From: Candidatus Uhrbacteria bacterium
Lineage (GTDB): Bacteria; Patescibacteriota; Patescibacteriia; UBA9934; GWF2-40-263
Direction of reading: 5' to 3'
Length of the DNA: 64,000 bases
NCBI GenBank assembly: GCA_014239775.1
Contig: JAAZYG010000005.1
Coordinates: 6,746-70,745 of the forward strand
Part shown: positions 26,040 through 35,878 of the stretch, piece by piece
Numbering within the stretch: the first letter of the stretch is position 1
How the letters are laid out: each line of letters begins with the position of its first letter
Made by a program: the position numbers and the translations under genes
Notes under the pieces: model-generated
The model's database searches: none
Told to the model about the DNA's origin: nothing
The model's input: the letters and a program-made list of their open reading frames with translations, nothing else

Positions 26040-28274
26040 ATGTACACAAAGCTACAAAAGAGATCAAATTTTATGAATCCAACACTACAGGCAGCAAACT
26101 ATCAACCCTCCAGTCCTCAGGAAAAAATAGATGGAATATCTCTATTACTACCAGTAAAATCACGTAATGGTTTTGTGTTTTTAGTAGCAAATATCAAAAA
26201 AAGATCAACAGATTCAGAATTACTTCTACAGTTTTTAAATGATCAAATACACAGATTGGCAGATTCTTTTGGAAAAGAAGCAAATGCACAACATAGATTT
26301 GAACAATTTCTTGGTGCATTAAATGAAAACATCTCACAACAAGTCAGAGATGGTAAATGGAAAGTACAAATAGATGAATTTGATGCAATGATTGGAATAG
26401 CCTGTGAAACACAAATGTATTTATCTGGCACAGGTGAATTGACCGCACTTTTTCTTCATAAGAAACCCTCTCAAAGATATCAAATATTTAATTTATTTAG
26501 AGGGATACAAACAGAACAAAATCTACCAACCTGGGAAAAGACATTTGCTGTAATACTGGACGGTGACCTGCATGGTGGTGATGTGTTTTGTATATCAAAT
26601 AAAAATCTTCAACAAGAGATCCAAAACGAAGAACTTAATAGTATTTTAACAACACTTCCACCAAAAGGTGCGGCAGAAAAAATAAGACAGTACTTTTCAG
26701 AAAAAGAAAATGTTCTTATTCTTATTATAAAATCTGAAACAGATAAATCTGTAGAAAAAAATAAACAAGCAAAAATCTTATCTGACGTATCAATTGACAA
26801 ATTAACCAAATCTGAAGAAAAAACCACAGAGCTATTATCAGAAAAAAAACCAAAAATTGGCAAAATTATTATTTGGATACTAGAAAAAATATTTAGCAAA
26901 CAACCAGCATCAAGAATATTGAAGGATCTTAGAAAAGGTGAATCAAAATGGAAAATTGCGCTACACGCAACACAAATATTAGGACGAACTGGTATTAAAT
27001 ACACTAAAAATATATCCAAAAAAACTCTTAAAAAAGGAGGTCAACTAGCAAAAAAAGAAAACAGAAAAGTTGCTATAAATAAAGTCATGAAAGAAGGCTC
27101 TAATATATCTAATCGAATATTTAATCTAAAAAATAAATTATTTGGTTTACCAAAATCAACAAAATACTTAACAATTGGAGTAATTATAATTGTAATAACA
27201 TTAGCTTTTAGTGTATCCCTTCTATCAAAAGCTCAAGTAAAAAATAAAGAACAAAAAGCTTATGATGATGCACTTAATAAAGTTGAAGATGTTATAGAAA
27301 GAGCGGCTGGTGCAATTATTTATAAAGATGAAAATCAGGCAAGAACACTCTACATTAACGCTCTTAGCCTTATTGATAAGCTGCCAAGCGATTCAGTAGA
27401 GCGTAGTAAAAAAATAAGTGATCTAAAAATTGATATAAGAAATGCCACAGATGAAATTCGACACATGGTTACAATACCAAATCCAGCACTGATAACAGAT
27501 CTTGCATTACTAAACGACGGCTTGTTTGTAAATTCATTCACAAATCTAGAAAAAGAATTATACGTACACGCATCAGATGGTAAATTATATAAATTTAATA
27601 GAACACAAAAGTTATTCAAAGCAGTAAGTCTAAAATTAGAAAAAATAGATACACAAATTATATCATCATCATCTAACAATAATTTTGTATATGCAATAGA
27701 TGAAAATGGAGACATGTATTCACATGATATAGAATCCTTGGCTCAAGAAAAAATAAACCTTGAAACAATTATAAAAGGTACTGATATTGTAGCCTATGCA
27801 AATAGACTTTATTTACTTAGTCCAGCAGAAAATGAAGAAGGACAAATTTATCGATATTCTGCATCTGGCTCAATTTTTAGTAAACCACAACCATGGATTA
27901 AGGCCAAAACAACAAACCTAAATAATGCAACATCCTTAGCTATAGATGGAACAATATTTGTTCTAAAGAAAAGTGGTCAAATTATAAGATACATAAGCGG
28001 AAGCGAAGTTGGTTGGAGTGCCGGAATCGTTGATCCACCAATTACAAGTGCGACTAACATATGGACTGACACCGAGAGTAATTATGTGTATGTAATGGAA
28101 CCTTCAACAAAACGTATTATTATTTTTGAAAAGGAGACAGGAAATTTCGTTGTTCAATATAAATCAACTGCTTTTTCTGAAATGGTGAATTTTGTAGTGG
28201 ATGAATCAAATTATACAATTTATATCATGTCTGGATCTAAGTTATACTCAATAGCAGCGAGTCACCTTAAATAA
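26040..28274 (+). CDS. large hypothetical protein: cytoplasmic N-domain, central TM helix, roughly 350-aa C-terminal domain
   Basis: 744-aa ORF. The TM helix is YLTIGVIIIVITLAFSVSLL, around residues 375-395. I recognise no catalytic motif. Confidence 0.4.
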   Translation: MYTKLQKRSNFMNPTLQAANYQPSSPQEKIDGISLLLPVKSRNGFVFLVANIKKRSTDSELLLQFLNDQIHRLADSFGKEANAQHRFEQFLGALNENISQQVRDGKWKVQIDEFDAMIGIACETQMYLSGTGELTALFLHKKPSQRYQIFNLFRGIQTEQNLPTWEKTFAVILDGDLHGGDVFCISNKNLQQEIQNEELNSILTTLPPKGAAEKIRQYFSEKENVLILIIKSETDKSVEKNKQAKILSDVSIDKLTKSEEKTTELLSEKKPKIGKIIIWILEKIFSKQPASRILKDLRKGESKWKIALHATQILGRTGIKYTKNISKKTLKKGGQLAKKENRKVAINKVMKEGSNISNRIFNLKNKLFGLPKSTKYLTIGVIIIVITLAFSVSLLSKAQVKNKEQKAYDDALNKVEDVIERAAGAIIYKDENQARTLYINALSLIDKLPSDSVERSKKISDLKIDIRNATDEIRHMVTIPNPALITDLALLNDGLFVNSFTNLEKELYVHASDGKLYKFNRTQKLFKAVSLKLEKIDTQIISSSSNNNFVYAIDENGDMYSHDIESLAQEKINLETIIKGTDIVAYANRLYLLSPAENEEGQIYRYSASGSIFSKPQPWIKAKTTNLNNATSLAIDGTIFVLKKSGQIIRYISGSEVGWSAGIVDPPITSATNIWTDTESNYVYVMEPSTKRIIIFEKETGNFVVQYKSTAFSEMVNFVVDESNYTIYIMSGSKLYSIAASHLK

Positions 28275-28285
28275 AAATTTAAACT

Positions 28286-28315
28286 AAAAAGAACGGATCC
28301 AGTCCGTTCTTTTTA
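28286..28315. terminator. bidirectional terminator between the 744-aa gene and rplL
   Basis: agaacgga-tccag-tccgttct hairpin with an A-run on the left and TTTTT on the right. Confidence 0.55.
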
Positions 28316-28329
28316 TAAATAATATAAAA

Positions 28330-28746
28330 TTATTTTACTGAAACTGTTCCACCAGCATCTTCTAGTTGTGTCTTTAATTCTGCAGCTTCTTCCTTTGTTA
28401 CACCTTCTTTTACAGCCTTAGGAGCGCTATCAACAATCTCCTTAGCTTCCTTTAATCCAAGACCTGTGATTGCACGTACTGCCTTGATTACACCGATCTT
28501 ATTTTCACCAATACCTGTAAGCTCTACAGTAAACTCGGTCTGCTCATCAGCTGCAGAATCACCTGCACCTGCTGCACCTCCAGCTACAGCCATTGCTGGA
28601 GCAGCTGCACTAACACCAAATTTCTCTTCAAGCACTTTTACTAAATCTGCCAAATCAAGTACTGACATTTCCTCAATCTTTGACACTAAATCCTGAAACT
28701 TTGCAGGAACCTCTACTGCTTCAGTCTTTGTTGCTTCTTCTGACAT
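28330..28746 (-). CDS. rplL: 50S ribosomal protein L7/L12
   Basis: Ala/Gly-rich hinge [16 protein letters not shown] and a conserved C-terminal domain [12 protein letters not shown]...EAAELK. Confidence 0.9.
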   Translation of the reverse strand: MSEEATKTEAVEVPAKFQDLVSKIEEMSVLDLADLVKVLEEKFGVSAAAPAMAVAGGAAGAGDSAADEQTEFTVELTGIGENKIGVIKAVRAITGLGLKEAKEIVDSAPKAVKEGVTKEEAAELKTQLEDAGGTVSVK

Positions 28747-28763
28747 AATTTTTATTTTTATTA

Positions 28764-29285
28764 TTAAGCTTTTGCTTCTTTTATAGAATTAAGTACGTAA
28801 ACCAAATTACGCAAGTTACCAGCAAGCACATTAACAAACCCTGAAACAGGCGCGTTAATTGAACCGACAACTTTAGCAAGTAATTCTTCTCTGCTTGGTA
28901 ATGTAGCAAGTTGCTTAATAGCATCTGCTCCTACCAACTGACCTTCCAAAACTCCGCCAACTACTTTAATTTCATCGCGACCTTTTGAAAACTCAGATAT
29001 TATTTTTGCTGCTGAAACCTCATCGTCATATCCAAATGTTGAAAGAATGCTTCCTTCAAACTCGTCTCTATTAACCTTGAAACCATTTTTTTCAAGAGCT
29101 AAAAGAAGAAGAGATTTTTTTGTTATAAGAATTTCAACACCATTCTCTGCACCCTTTTGTCTAAGACCGTTTGCATCTTCCATTGTATATCCAGAAACAG
29201 ATGTAAATACTGCTGCCTTCATATTAGAAAGTTTATCTGCGATCTCTGACACTAGTTCTTCTTTTTCTTTTCGTGTTTTTGCCAT
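28764..29285 (-). CDS. rplJ: 50S ribosomal protein L10
   Basis: It sits immediately upstream of rplL, and the size and N-terminal [15 protein letters not shown] pattern are typical. Confidence 0.85.
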   Translation of the reverse strand: MAKTRKEKEELVSEIADKLSNMKAAVFTSVSGYTMEDANGLRQKGAENGVEILITKKSLLLLALEKNGFKVNRDEFEGSILSTFGYDDEVSAAKIISEFSKGRDEIKVVGGVLEGQLVGADAIKQLATLPSREELLAKVVGSINAPVSGFVNVLAGNLRNLVYVLNSIKEAKA

Positions 29286-29500
29286 AGTATTTTGTATATT
29301 TATCGACCTTTAAATAAAAAACTGCCGATTACATACCGCAGTGTTCTAAGAAAACTTTTCAGAATCTCATTTACCTCGACAGGACTTATTTCATTAATGA
29401 AAACCTGTTGTCTACGGCGGATATGTTCATTACTAATAGCAATGTAGCATCTCCAATCTTTAGTTCAAAAAGAGTATATATAAAACATATATGATTGTCA

Positions 29501-29528
29501 ATAAAAAAAGCGACTAGTTTAGTCGCTT
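29501..29528 (-). terminator. intrinsic terminator overlapping the stop of the zinc-ribbon repeat gene
   Basis: The minus strand reads aagcgacta-aac-tagtcgctt followed by TTTTTTT. Confidence 0.5.
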
Positions 29529-30100
29529 AGAGTCCAATTGTCTGGTCTACCGCATCTCCTCCACTGCCGGTAATGTTTAAGACAATAACCTTTTGAGTCG
29601 TGTATGTTTTTACATCCAGCAACCTTGCAACCAACATGCTTTATGCGTGGTGGTGGTGTCCAGTTGTCTGGTCTTCCGTGATCCCGCCAATTATCGAAAT
29701 GCTTCCTGCAACAACCTTTTGTTCTATGAGGATTTATACATCCATCTATCTTACAACCAACATGCTTTATGCATGGTGGTGGTGGCGTCCAGTTGTCTGG
29801 TCTTCCGTGATCCCGCCACTGCTGGTAATGCTTCCTGCAATAACCTTTTGATTGGTGAGGATTAATGCATCCAGCAACCTTGCAACCAACATGCTTTATG
29901 CGTGGTGGTGGTGGTGGCGTCCAGTTGTCTGGTCTACCACTTTTCAACCACTGCTGGTAATGCTTATTGCAATAACCTTTTGCACTACGCACTTGATCAC
30001 ACACACCAACCTTACAAAATCGAATCATTAAATAAAACCTTGTTGCACAAAAGTAACATATACAACGAAAAATATTAGAATAAAAAACCAACATTGTCAA
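29519..30100 (-). CDS. tandem-repeat zinc-ribbon protein (4 copies of a ~42-aa C-x4-C-x8-C-x2-H module with PPPP linkers); likely true start at the internal MIRF (30028)
   Basis: Four repeats CK[VI].GC......KGYC.KHY.QWR..GRPDNWTPPPP. The module resembles the zinc-binding GxCxxHYxRWxRxG motif found N-terminal in some phage and actinobacterial HNH proteins (from memory, not verified). Confidence 0.55.
   Translation of the reverse strand: MTMLVFYSNIFRCICYFCATRFYLMIRFCKVGVCDQVRSAKGYCNKHYQQWLKSGRPDNWTPPPPPRIKHVGCKVAGCINPHQSKGYCRKHYQQWRDHGRPDNWTPPPPCIKHVGCKIDGCINPHRTKGCCRKHFDNWRDHGRPDNWTPPPRIKHVGCKVAGCKNIHDSKGYCLKHYRQWRRCGRPDNWTLSD
29590..29960. repeat. imperfect tandem DNA repeats of roughly 126-129 bp encoding the protein repeats
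   Basis: Recurrent blocks aaccaacatgctttatgcgtggtggtgg...ccagttgtctggtcttccgtgatcccgcca. The region is more G+C-rich than its surroundings. Confidence 0.7.
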
Positions 30101-30124
30101 TCCAACAATGTTAGTCTTTGTATA

Positions 30125-30835
30125 CTACACACCTATAATAGTACCTATAAAACCCTTACCTCTTAATAAATTATCTAAATTTTCAATATTTTTACCATTC
30201 AATAAGGCCACCTTAATCTTTGATGTACTTGCCAGGCGTGATGCTACTGGATCAAATGGTACATTCATACCAGGATCCCACTTATTACCAACCATCTTTC
30301 TAAAATCCTTCCACGATATATCACAAATTATTTTTGCGTCCTTATGTTTGTTTGGATCCTTATCATAAACATAATCTATGTTAGACAAATTAACCAGAAC
30401 TTCTGCTTTTAATCTTTTTGCAAGTCTTGTTGCAACATAATCTGTTGACCATCCTGGTTTCCACCCAGCTGCAATAAGTACTGGCTTCTTCCATTTTGTT
30501 AATGGCCTTGTTGGATCTTTAAGCATTACAGGATGTGCAATGTCACGAAATACAGTTCGCAGCAAATGTCCATTTAACCTTGTAGAGTGAATTCCTAACC
30601 AATCAAGATCATCACGAGTAAGCTTACCAACTTTTCGTGCACTCTCTTGATAATGACGAGCAGTTCCACCACCACCCACAACAATAACAAATCTCCAATC
30701 TCGTTTTGTATGCTCACTTATAAGTACATGTAAATCTTTCAAAAACTTATGATCGATTCCGCCATTTGGCACAACCAATGATCCTCCAACTGAAATAACT
30801 AATGTAGACGGCTCAAGTGAATTTGAATGTGTCAT
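30125..30835 (-). CDS. pyrH: uridylate (UMP) kinase, amino-acid-kinase family
   Basis: VISVGGSLV...VIVVGGGG..R glycine-rich motifs and the size are typical of PyrH. Confidence 0.7.
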   Translation of the reverse strand: MTHSNSLEPSTLVISVGGSLVVPNGGIDHKFLKDLHVLISEHTKRDWRFVIVVGGGGTARHYQESARKVGKLTRDDLDWLGIHSTRLNGHLLRTVFRDIAHPVMLKDPTRPLTKWKKPVLIAAGWKPGWSTDYVATRLAKRLKAEVLVNLSNIDYVYDKDPNKHKDAKIICDISWKDFRKMVGNKWDPGMNVPFDPVASRLASTSKIKVALLNGKNIENLDNLLRGKGFIGTIIGV

Positions 30836-30868
30836 AAAAAAAATCGCCCTTATTGGACGATGAAATGA

Positions 30869-31222
30869 TTAAGATTCTTCGGCTTGATTAATTAACCAAT
30901 TAGTAAACATTGAAATTACCCACAATATTAATGCAGCAAAAAATGCTGGAACAAAGCCTGTAATAATAAAGCCTTCAACAATCGTTGAGGCCAACCATAT
31001 CATGAGCGCATTAATTACAAAAGTAAATAATCCTAATGTTAAAATTGTAACCGGTAAAGTTAATATAAATAACAACGGTCTCACTAGTGCATTTACTAAT
31101 CCCAAAATCAAAGCAGCAATAAGTGCATTATAAAAAGACTCAATCCCAAAACCAGGAACAATATTTGCAACTATTAACAATGCAACAGCATTTATTATCC
31201 AACGAAAAATTAAATAACTCAT
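30869..31222 (-). CDS. DUF360 / phage-holin-family 4-TM membrane protein
   Basis: 117 aa with four hydrophobic helices. IVPGFGIES...ALILGLVNALVRPLL is the signature of the mycobacterial 4-TMS holin superfamily. Confidence 0.55.
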   Translation of the reverse strand: MSYLIFRWIINAVALLIVANIVPGFGIESFYNALIAALILGLVNALVRPLLFILTLPVTILTLGLFTFVINALMIWLASTIVEGFIITGFVPAFFAALILWVISMFTNWLINQAEES

Positions 31223-31225
31223 AAT

Positions 31226-31432
31226 TTATTCATCAAATTTAGCTTTAATTTTTTCAACCTTATTCTCAATTTCTGATAATCTAGCTTTTAAATCATTTGC
31301 GAGTTCAAGTCCTTTTTCAAATTTCTTTAAACCTTGTTCTAAATCAAGATTTTCCTCTGAATCAAACCATTCTGTTATATCTTCTAAATCTTTAAACGAC
31401 TTAGCGAAATTTTCCTTTTTCTTTGGAGGCAT
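31226..31432 (-). CDS. xseB: exodeoxyribonuclease VII small subunit
   Basis: 68-aa helical protein, FEKGLELANDLKARLSEIENKV, located immediately downstream of xseA. Confidence 0.75.
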   Translation of the reverse strand: MPPKKKENFAKSFKDLEDITEWFDSEENLDLEQGLKKFEKGLELANDLKARLSEIENKVEKIKAKFDE

Positions 31433-31433
31433 A

Positions 31434-32645
31434 TTAAATTAATTTTTGTTGTGACTTCTTCTTAACACTGACAACTTTTGCCACAAACGATCCTGACGCC
31501 AATTGTACACCTACTTGTGCATCAATTTCAAGATCAGACATATTTTTTACAATGTGAGCACCTTTAGTAATAATACCATAACCTCGTGCTAATACCCTTT
31601 TTGGATCAAGCTGTCTAAGAACTTTGGTAAAAAAATTAATATTTTCACCTATTGCAGACAACCAATTTCCATTTTTTTGAATTAAATTAGAACGTAATAT
31701 ACCCAACCTGTCTTTTTCTCTTTCTAAAATATACCCAACCAAACTGATTGCACGTTCAATAATATTATAAGATGCCGATATCTGATCAGTAACCCTATCT
31801 TCCATATGAGATTTCATATTCTCTATTTCATACAGAACATCTTGCCTATTTGGAACTATTAATTCTGCTGCATTAGAAGGTGTAGATGCACGTACATCAG
31901 CAATAAAATCACATAACGACTCATCGCGCTCATGACCCACACCACAAACAACAGGTATCTTTGATTGAAATAATGCACGAGCAACAGACTCATCATTAAA
32001 CGCATGCAGATCTTCCAAACCACCACCTCCTCTTGTTAAAACAATCACATCGGGTCGTTCTGATTCTGATAATAAATTTAAGTACTGAAATGCTTGAACA
32101 ATATCATTTACAGCCTCCCTGCCCTGAACATGAACATGAGTATGAATAACAGACACACCTCCCCATCTATTATTTAGAATTCGAACAAAGTCACCATATG
32201 CAGCTGCATCCCTTGATGTAATCAAACCTATTTTTTCTGGAAAACGTACAAGACCTCTTTTTCTAGAAACATCAAACAAACCTTCATCCTCAAGTTTTTT
32301 CTTTAATAATTCGTACGCTCTACGCAATGCACCCTCACCAACAGGAATTACAGATTGAACGTTCATTTTAAAACTGCCAAATCTCTCATACACTTTTGGT
32401 TGACCTTGCACATGAACACGCATCCCATCTTCAAGTGGAACTTTCAATTGCCACACTGTCATAAAACATTTTAAAACAGATTTATTTTCTTCATCCTTTA
32501 AATCAAAACTAATCCATTTTTGCTGAGCAATCCTAAAATCTGAGACCTCACCTTCAACAACAAAATCTTGAGAAGGAATCATTCTTAGTGTCTCATTAAC
32601 TAACTCTAGGTATTCTGAAACAGAAACTGAATTTACTTCTGTCAT
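31434..32645 (-). CDS. xseA: exodeoxyribonuclease VII large subunit
   Basis: N-terminal OB fold VVEGEVSDFR and a central catalytic region GVGHERDESLCDFIADVRASTPSNAAE. Confidence 0.8.
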   Translation of the reverse strand: MTEVNSVSVSEYLELVNETLRMIPSQDFVVEGEVSDFRIAQQKWISFDLKDEENKSVLKCFMTVWQLKVPLEDGMRVHVQGQPKVYERFGSFKMNVQSVIPVGEGALRRAYELLKKKLEDEGLFDVSRKRGLVRFPEKIGLITSRDAAAYGDFVRILNNRWGGVSVIHTHVHVQGREAVNDIVQAFQYLNLLSESERPDVIVLTRGGGGLEDLHAFNDESVARALFQSKIPVVCGVGHERDESLCDFIADVRASTPSNAAELIVPNRQDVLYEIENMKSHMEDRVTDQISASYNIIERAISLVGYILEREKDRLGILRSNLIQKNGNWLSAIGENINFFTKVLRQLDPKRVLARGYGIITKGAHIVKNMSDLEIDAQVGVQLASGSFVAKVVSVKKKSQQKLI

Positions 32646-32646
32646 A

Positions 32647-33114
32647 TCAATTAAAGAAAAAAGGTTGATAGTGCTTAATTAATAACCACAGCGCAACACC
32701 TAATAATAAGTGAGTTACCAATGTCTCCATCCATACGTGGCTGCCTTCTTTTTTTGCAAACACACCCATTCCTATCAATGGATATAAAATAAGATTTACA
32801 ACAAACCAGCTAAAAAATGAATATGTTAAAAGTGAAACTATTCCATATGACAAACCAACAATATTACCAATTGTACTTTGTATAAATACTATATAAAAAA
32901 ATCCAAATAAAAAACCAACAACTATATGCAGAAGTAACCCAACCCAAAAAACTTCCATTTGCTTCAATTGTTTACCAAAAATAGTTTTTACTGAAATTAC
33001 CAAAGGAACCTCTTTTGCCTGTCCTCTTGTCTTAATCTCTAAAATTATTGCTGGAACAGAAAAAATAAAAGCCAAAATTCCACCTAAAAACCCACTAAGT
33101 ATGTAATCTGTCAT
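32647..33114 (-). CDS. hypothetical 4-TM membrane protein
   Basis: Hydrophobic helices only. Confidence 0.4.
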   Translation of the reverse strand: MTDYILSGFLGGILAFIFSVPAIILEIKTRGQAKEVPLVISVKTIFGKQLKQMEVFWVGLLLHIVVGFLFGFFYIVFIQSTIGNIVGLSYGIVSLLTYSFFSWFVVNLILYPLIGMGVFAKKEGSHVWMETLVTHLLLGVALWLLIKHYQPFFFN

Positions 33115-33117
33115 AAG

Positions 33118-34107
33118 TTAATTTGGATAAATAATAAGCACAACCCTCTTACCCTCTTTTATATCATTATTTCCATTAAAATCATGCATGGATTGCATTA
33201 TGGTATCAAAACTATACAAAAACTCCTCTCCATTTCTTGTTCCTGGATCATTTGTAATAAACATTCCTGAATCTGTATACCCTCTTAAAACAATCATATG
33301 ATACAAAGGTCCTGGCTGTTGAAAATTTGGATTTCCAAGCAACCTTCCCGCGGATGGAACTATGACCGGCCTACCATGTGCAAGATGAGTTCTTAACTGA
33401 TCTATTGTTGGATTTTCAATTGTTTCAACTTTTGAATATCCATACATCAACTCTGCTAATACACCCGTTTGCTCTGCTGTAGTATCTTCATATGAACCAA
33501 ATAGTCCGTTCTCGAAATCAATGATTTTTAAAATTTCCTTATCAGCGACATCTGCATCAATCTTACCTGGCTTAATACCATTATAAAAACCATGAACCAT
33601 ATAGACAGACGCTTCCTCGCAAGCTTCTTTATAAGGATAATCCCAATTTGCATGTGGAGCTTGTGATGTAAAAGGTACAGCTAGATTAATTGATGCCGGT
33701 AAAATAAATTCTTCTTTTTTTAACACATACTCCTCTAACAAAACTTCTTCTGTTTCAAAACCAACACCCTCAACCTCTTCATCATGAAAGATTTGTTCTG
33801 TATTAGTAACCTCCTCAATAAATTTGTCTTCAACTATATCCTTATTTATTGTTTCTTGCTCTAATATGACTTCATTTACAACTTCATCTTGCTTATTGTT
33901 TTCTTTTTGTATTTTTTCAATAACATCAACGTACTCAACAGCTTCTGGCACACTTGGTTTTGTAATATTTTGATACCAATCTAAAATGGGAACACGCTGA
34001 AGATATATCGCAGCACCTAATGCGATTAATACTATAATAAATTCTACAAACCTACGAATTGCTCTCATGTGTACTTCGTTTAAGTTTAAAAACACCACTA
34101 CCATCAA
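33118..34107 (-). CDS. secreted or anchored protein with an acidic linker and a C-terminal C39-like papain-fold peptidase domain
   Basis: N-terminal TM helix and a Glu-rich linker. The C-terminal domain has the candidate catalytic Cys in YKEACEEAS and His in YHMIVLRGY, ending with NDPGT. Confidence 0.45.
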   Translation of the reverse strand: MMVVVFLNLNEVHMRAIRRFVEFIIVLIALGAAIYLQRVPILDWYQNITKPSVPEAVEYVDVIEKIQKENNKQDEVVNEVILEQETINKDIVEDKFIEEVTNTEQIFHDEEVEGVGFETEEVLLEEYVLKKEEFILPASINLAVPFTSQAPHANWDYPYKEACEEASVYMVHGFYNGIKPGKIDADVADKEILKIIDFENGLFGSYEDTTAEQTGVLAELMYGYSKVETIENPTIDQLRTHLAHGRPVIVPSAGRLLGNPNFQQPGPLYHMIVLRGYTDSGMFITNDPGTRNGEEFLYSFDTIMQSMHDFNGNNDIKEGKRVVLIIYPN

Positions 34108-34157
34108 CCTCAGAAAAAACTTTTTCTGATTTCATATTTCTATATTAACAATTATTT

Positions 34158-35567
34158 TTACAAACTAGCATTCTCTCGCAACCACCTTTGAAGCTTATAA
34201 GTTGCTATAACATCATCCTCATTATATTCATAAATTTTTTGTAGAAGGTCTTTTTTGCTTTTATCCTCAAACCATTCCTCAAACCAGAGCACAGAATTTG
34301 CACCAGACGCATCATCTGATCTCCATTTAAAACCTATATAACTAGCTATATCTTTTAGTGAATAAAAAGATAATGGAAATATAACAGATGGACGAAGTAA
34401 TTCAAGTAAGTCAATCATGTTTCTATCAAGAGCTTCTCTGGCAATTTCAGAAATTCCATATTTTGCCGCAAATCTATTTATAACAACTTTCTCGAACCAT
34501 CCATAATGATAAATAGGAGAATCTATGTGACGCTCTATATACATTATAAATTCATTCCACATCTCAGCTTCTTGAGATGGGTCCTGAGCAAAGAATGCAT
34601 CATATTTCTCTTGACCATCCTCAACAGCCAAAATACCAAATAAATAATCAAAATCACGCAAAGGATCACTCTCAATATCAAAATATAAATCTACTTTTGC
34701 CTCTGGCATCTCAACATTTGCTCTTATCATGTGTCTACCATCTTTTATGGCAATTGCTTGGTCACGCATTGTCTCCAACCTATGCAAACTTAAATTTGGA
34801 GCTAAGCGCTCTAAGTCTGTAACAGATTTTAAAGACAGTTCTGTTATGGTCTTAACACCTGCATCATTTAGTACACTTACTTCATTGCGCCATACACGAT
34901 TTAATAACGATAAATCTTCACAAATCTCAGACTCTTCCCTACATTCCTTAAACCACGGAGACTGCTTACATCCTGAAGTAACAAAATGTGTAGGCTTGTC
35001 ACCAGTAACAATTTTCTCAATTTCTGACAAAGTTAAACCAAACTCTGCCTCAAACTCATCAATAACAAAGGGCATTACTTCTTTTGTAGAATTTACCACA
35101 TACCCCTGAACCGGCTTTACACCTTGCACTTTCTCTAGTAGCTCCGCATAAAAACAACCCTGAAACTTATAATCATCTTTTATGCTGCTTGAACGTTTTA
35201 TGTCAGCTGCAACATAATAATAATTACCAAGTTTTGATTTACCTTCTACTTTTTCAAGTAAATCAGGATTGCCAACCCAATGCTTATCAACCAACACCCC
35301 TCTAAAAATTGTTTGTCTCCCCTCAGCCATAAAAGCTAAAGTTTGAGAAAATGCTTCATCTGGATCTTCAGCTGTTACTTCACATAAATCCTGTCTGTCT
35401 GTAACAACCTCCATTTGCTTTTCACGCAATAAACCGTCTTCTATTAACTTCTCCATTAACGGCTCATGCAACTTATCTTCATCTTTGTGAACATCAAAAT
35501 AAACCCAATTTGGGCACTTAATATATTTATAAAATGTTTTCTCAGTAATTCTTGATAACATAAACAC
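34158..35567 (-). CDS. RecB-family nuclease-like protein (TM0106-type)
   Basis: C-terminal RNase-H-like block with YEYNEDDVIATYKL, and the central Cys cluster SGCKQSPWFKEC. Confidence 0.5.
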   Translation of the reverse strand: MFMLSRITEKTFYKYIKCPNWVYFDVHKDEDKLHEPLMEKLIEDGLLREKQMEVVTDRQDLCEVTAEDPDEAFSQTLAFMAEGRQTIFRGVLVDKHWVGNPDLLEKVEGKSKLGNYYYVAADIKRSSSIKDDYKFQGCFYAELLEKVQGVKPVQGYVVNSTKEVMPFVIDEFEAEFGLTLSEIEKIVTGDKPTHFVTSGCKQSPWFKECREESEICEDLSLLNRVWRNEVSVLNDAGVKTITELSLKSVTDLERLAPNLSLHRLETMRDQAIAIKDGRHMIRANVEMPEAKVDLYFDIESDPLRDFDYLFGILAVEDGQEKYDAFFAQDPSQEAEMWNEFIMYIERHIDSPIYHYGWFEKVVINRFAAKYGISEIAREALDRNMIDLLELLRPSVIFPLSFYSLKDIASYIGFKWRSDDASGANSVLWFEEWFEDKSKKDLLQKIYEYNEDDVIATYKLQRWLRENASL

Positions 35568-35585
35568 ATTATAACATGTTGCTAC

Positions 35586-35867
35586 TTAATTATTTATACT
35601 ATTTAAAATAATATTTTCATATTCTGGAAAATAGTTATTTATAACAGAAAGTTCGAAAGAACTTAAAATAGAAGTATTAGACTCTCGTTTAAGTAGAAAT
35701 TCAAAAGATCTTTTTATAAGTTCTTCTGTAGTAATCTTTTCTGAAGTTAATTGTTTGTAATATACTTCACTTAATTCAACAATATGTTCGGTGGTTTCAT
35801 CTGATATCACACCAACATTAAATACACCCTTAGGAAACTGGCTAATCTGTTTAATATTTATTTCCAT
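35586..35867 (-). CDS. hypothetical protein
   Basis: ORF only. Confidence 0.3.
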   Translation of the reverse strand: MEINIKQISQFPKGVFNVGVISDETTEHIVELSEVYYKQLTSEKITTEELIKRSFEFLLKRESNTSILSSFELSVINNYFPEYENIILNSINN

Positions 35868-35878
35868 AAAAATTACTT

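Noticed and set aside
29590-29960. Tandem repeats flagged as a possible CRISPR-like array.
   Set aside because: The repeats are about 126 bp, imperfect, contiguous without spacers and in frame. They encode the repeated zinc-ribbon module.
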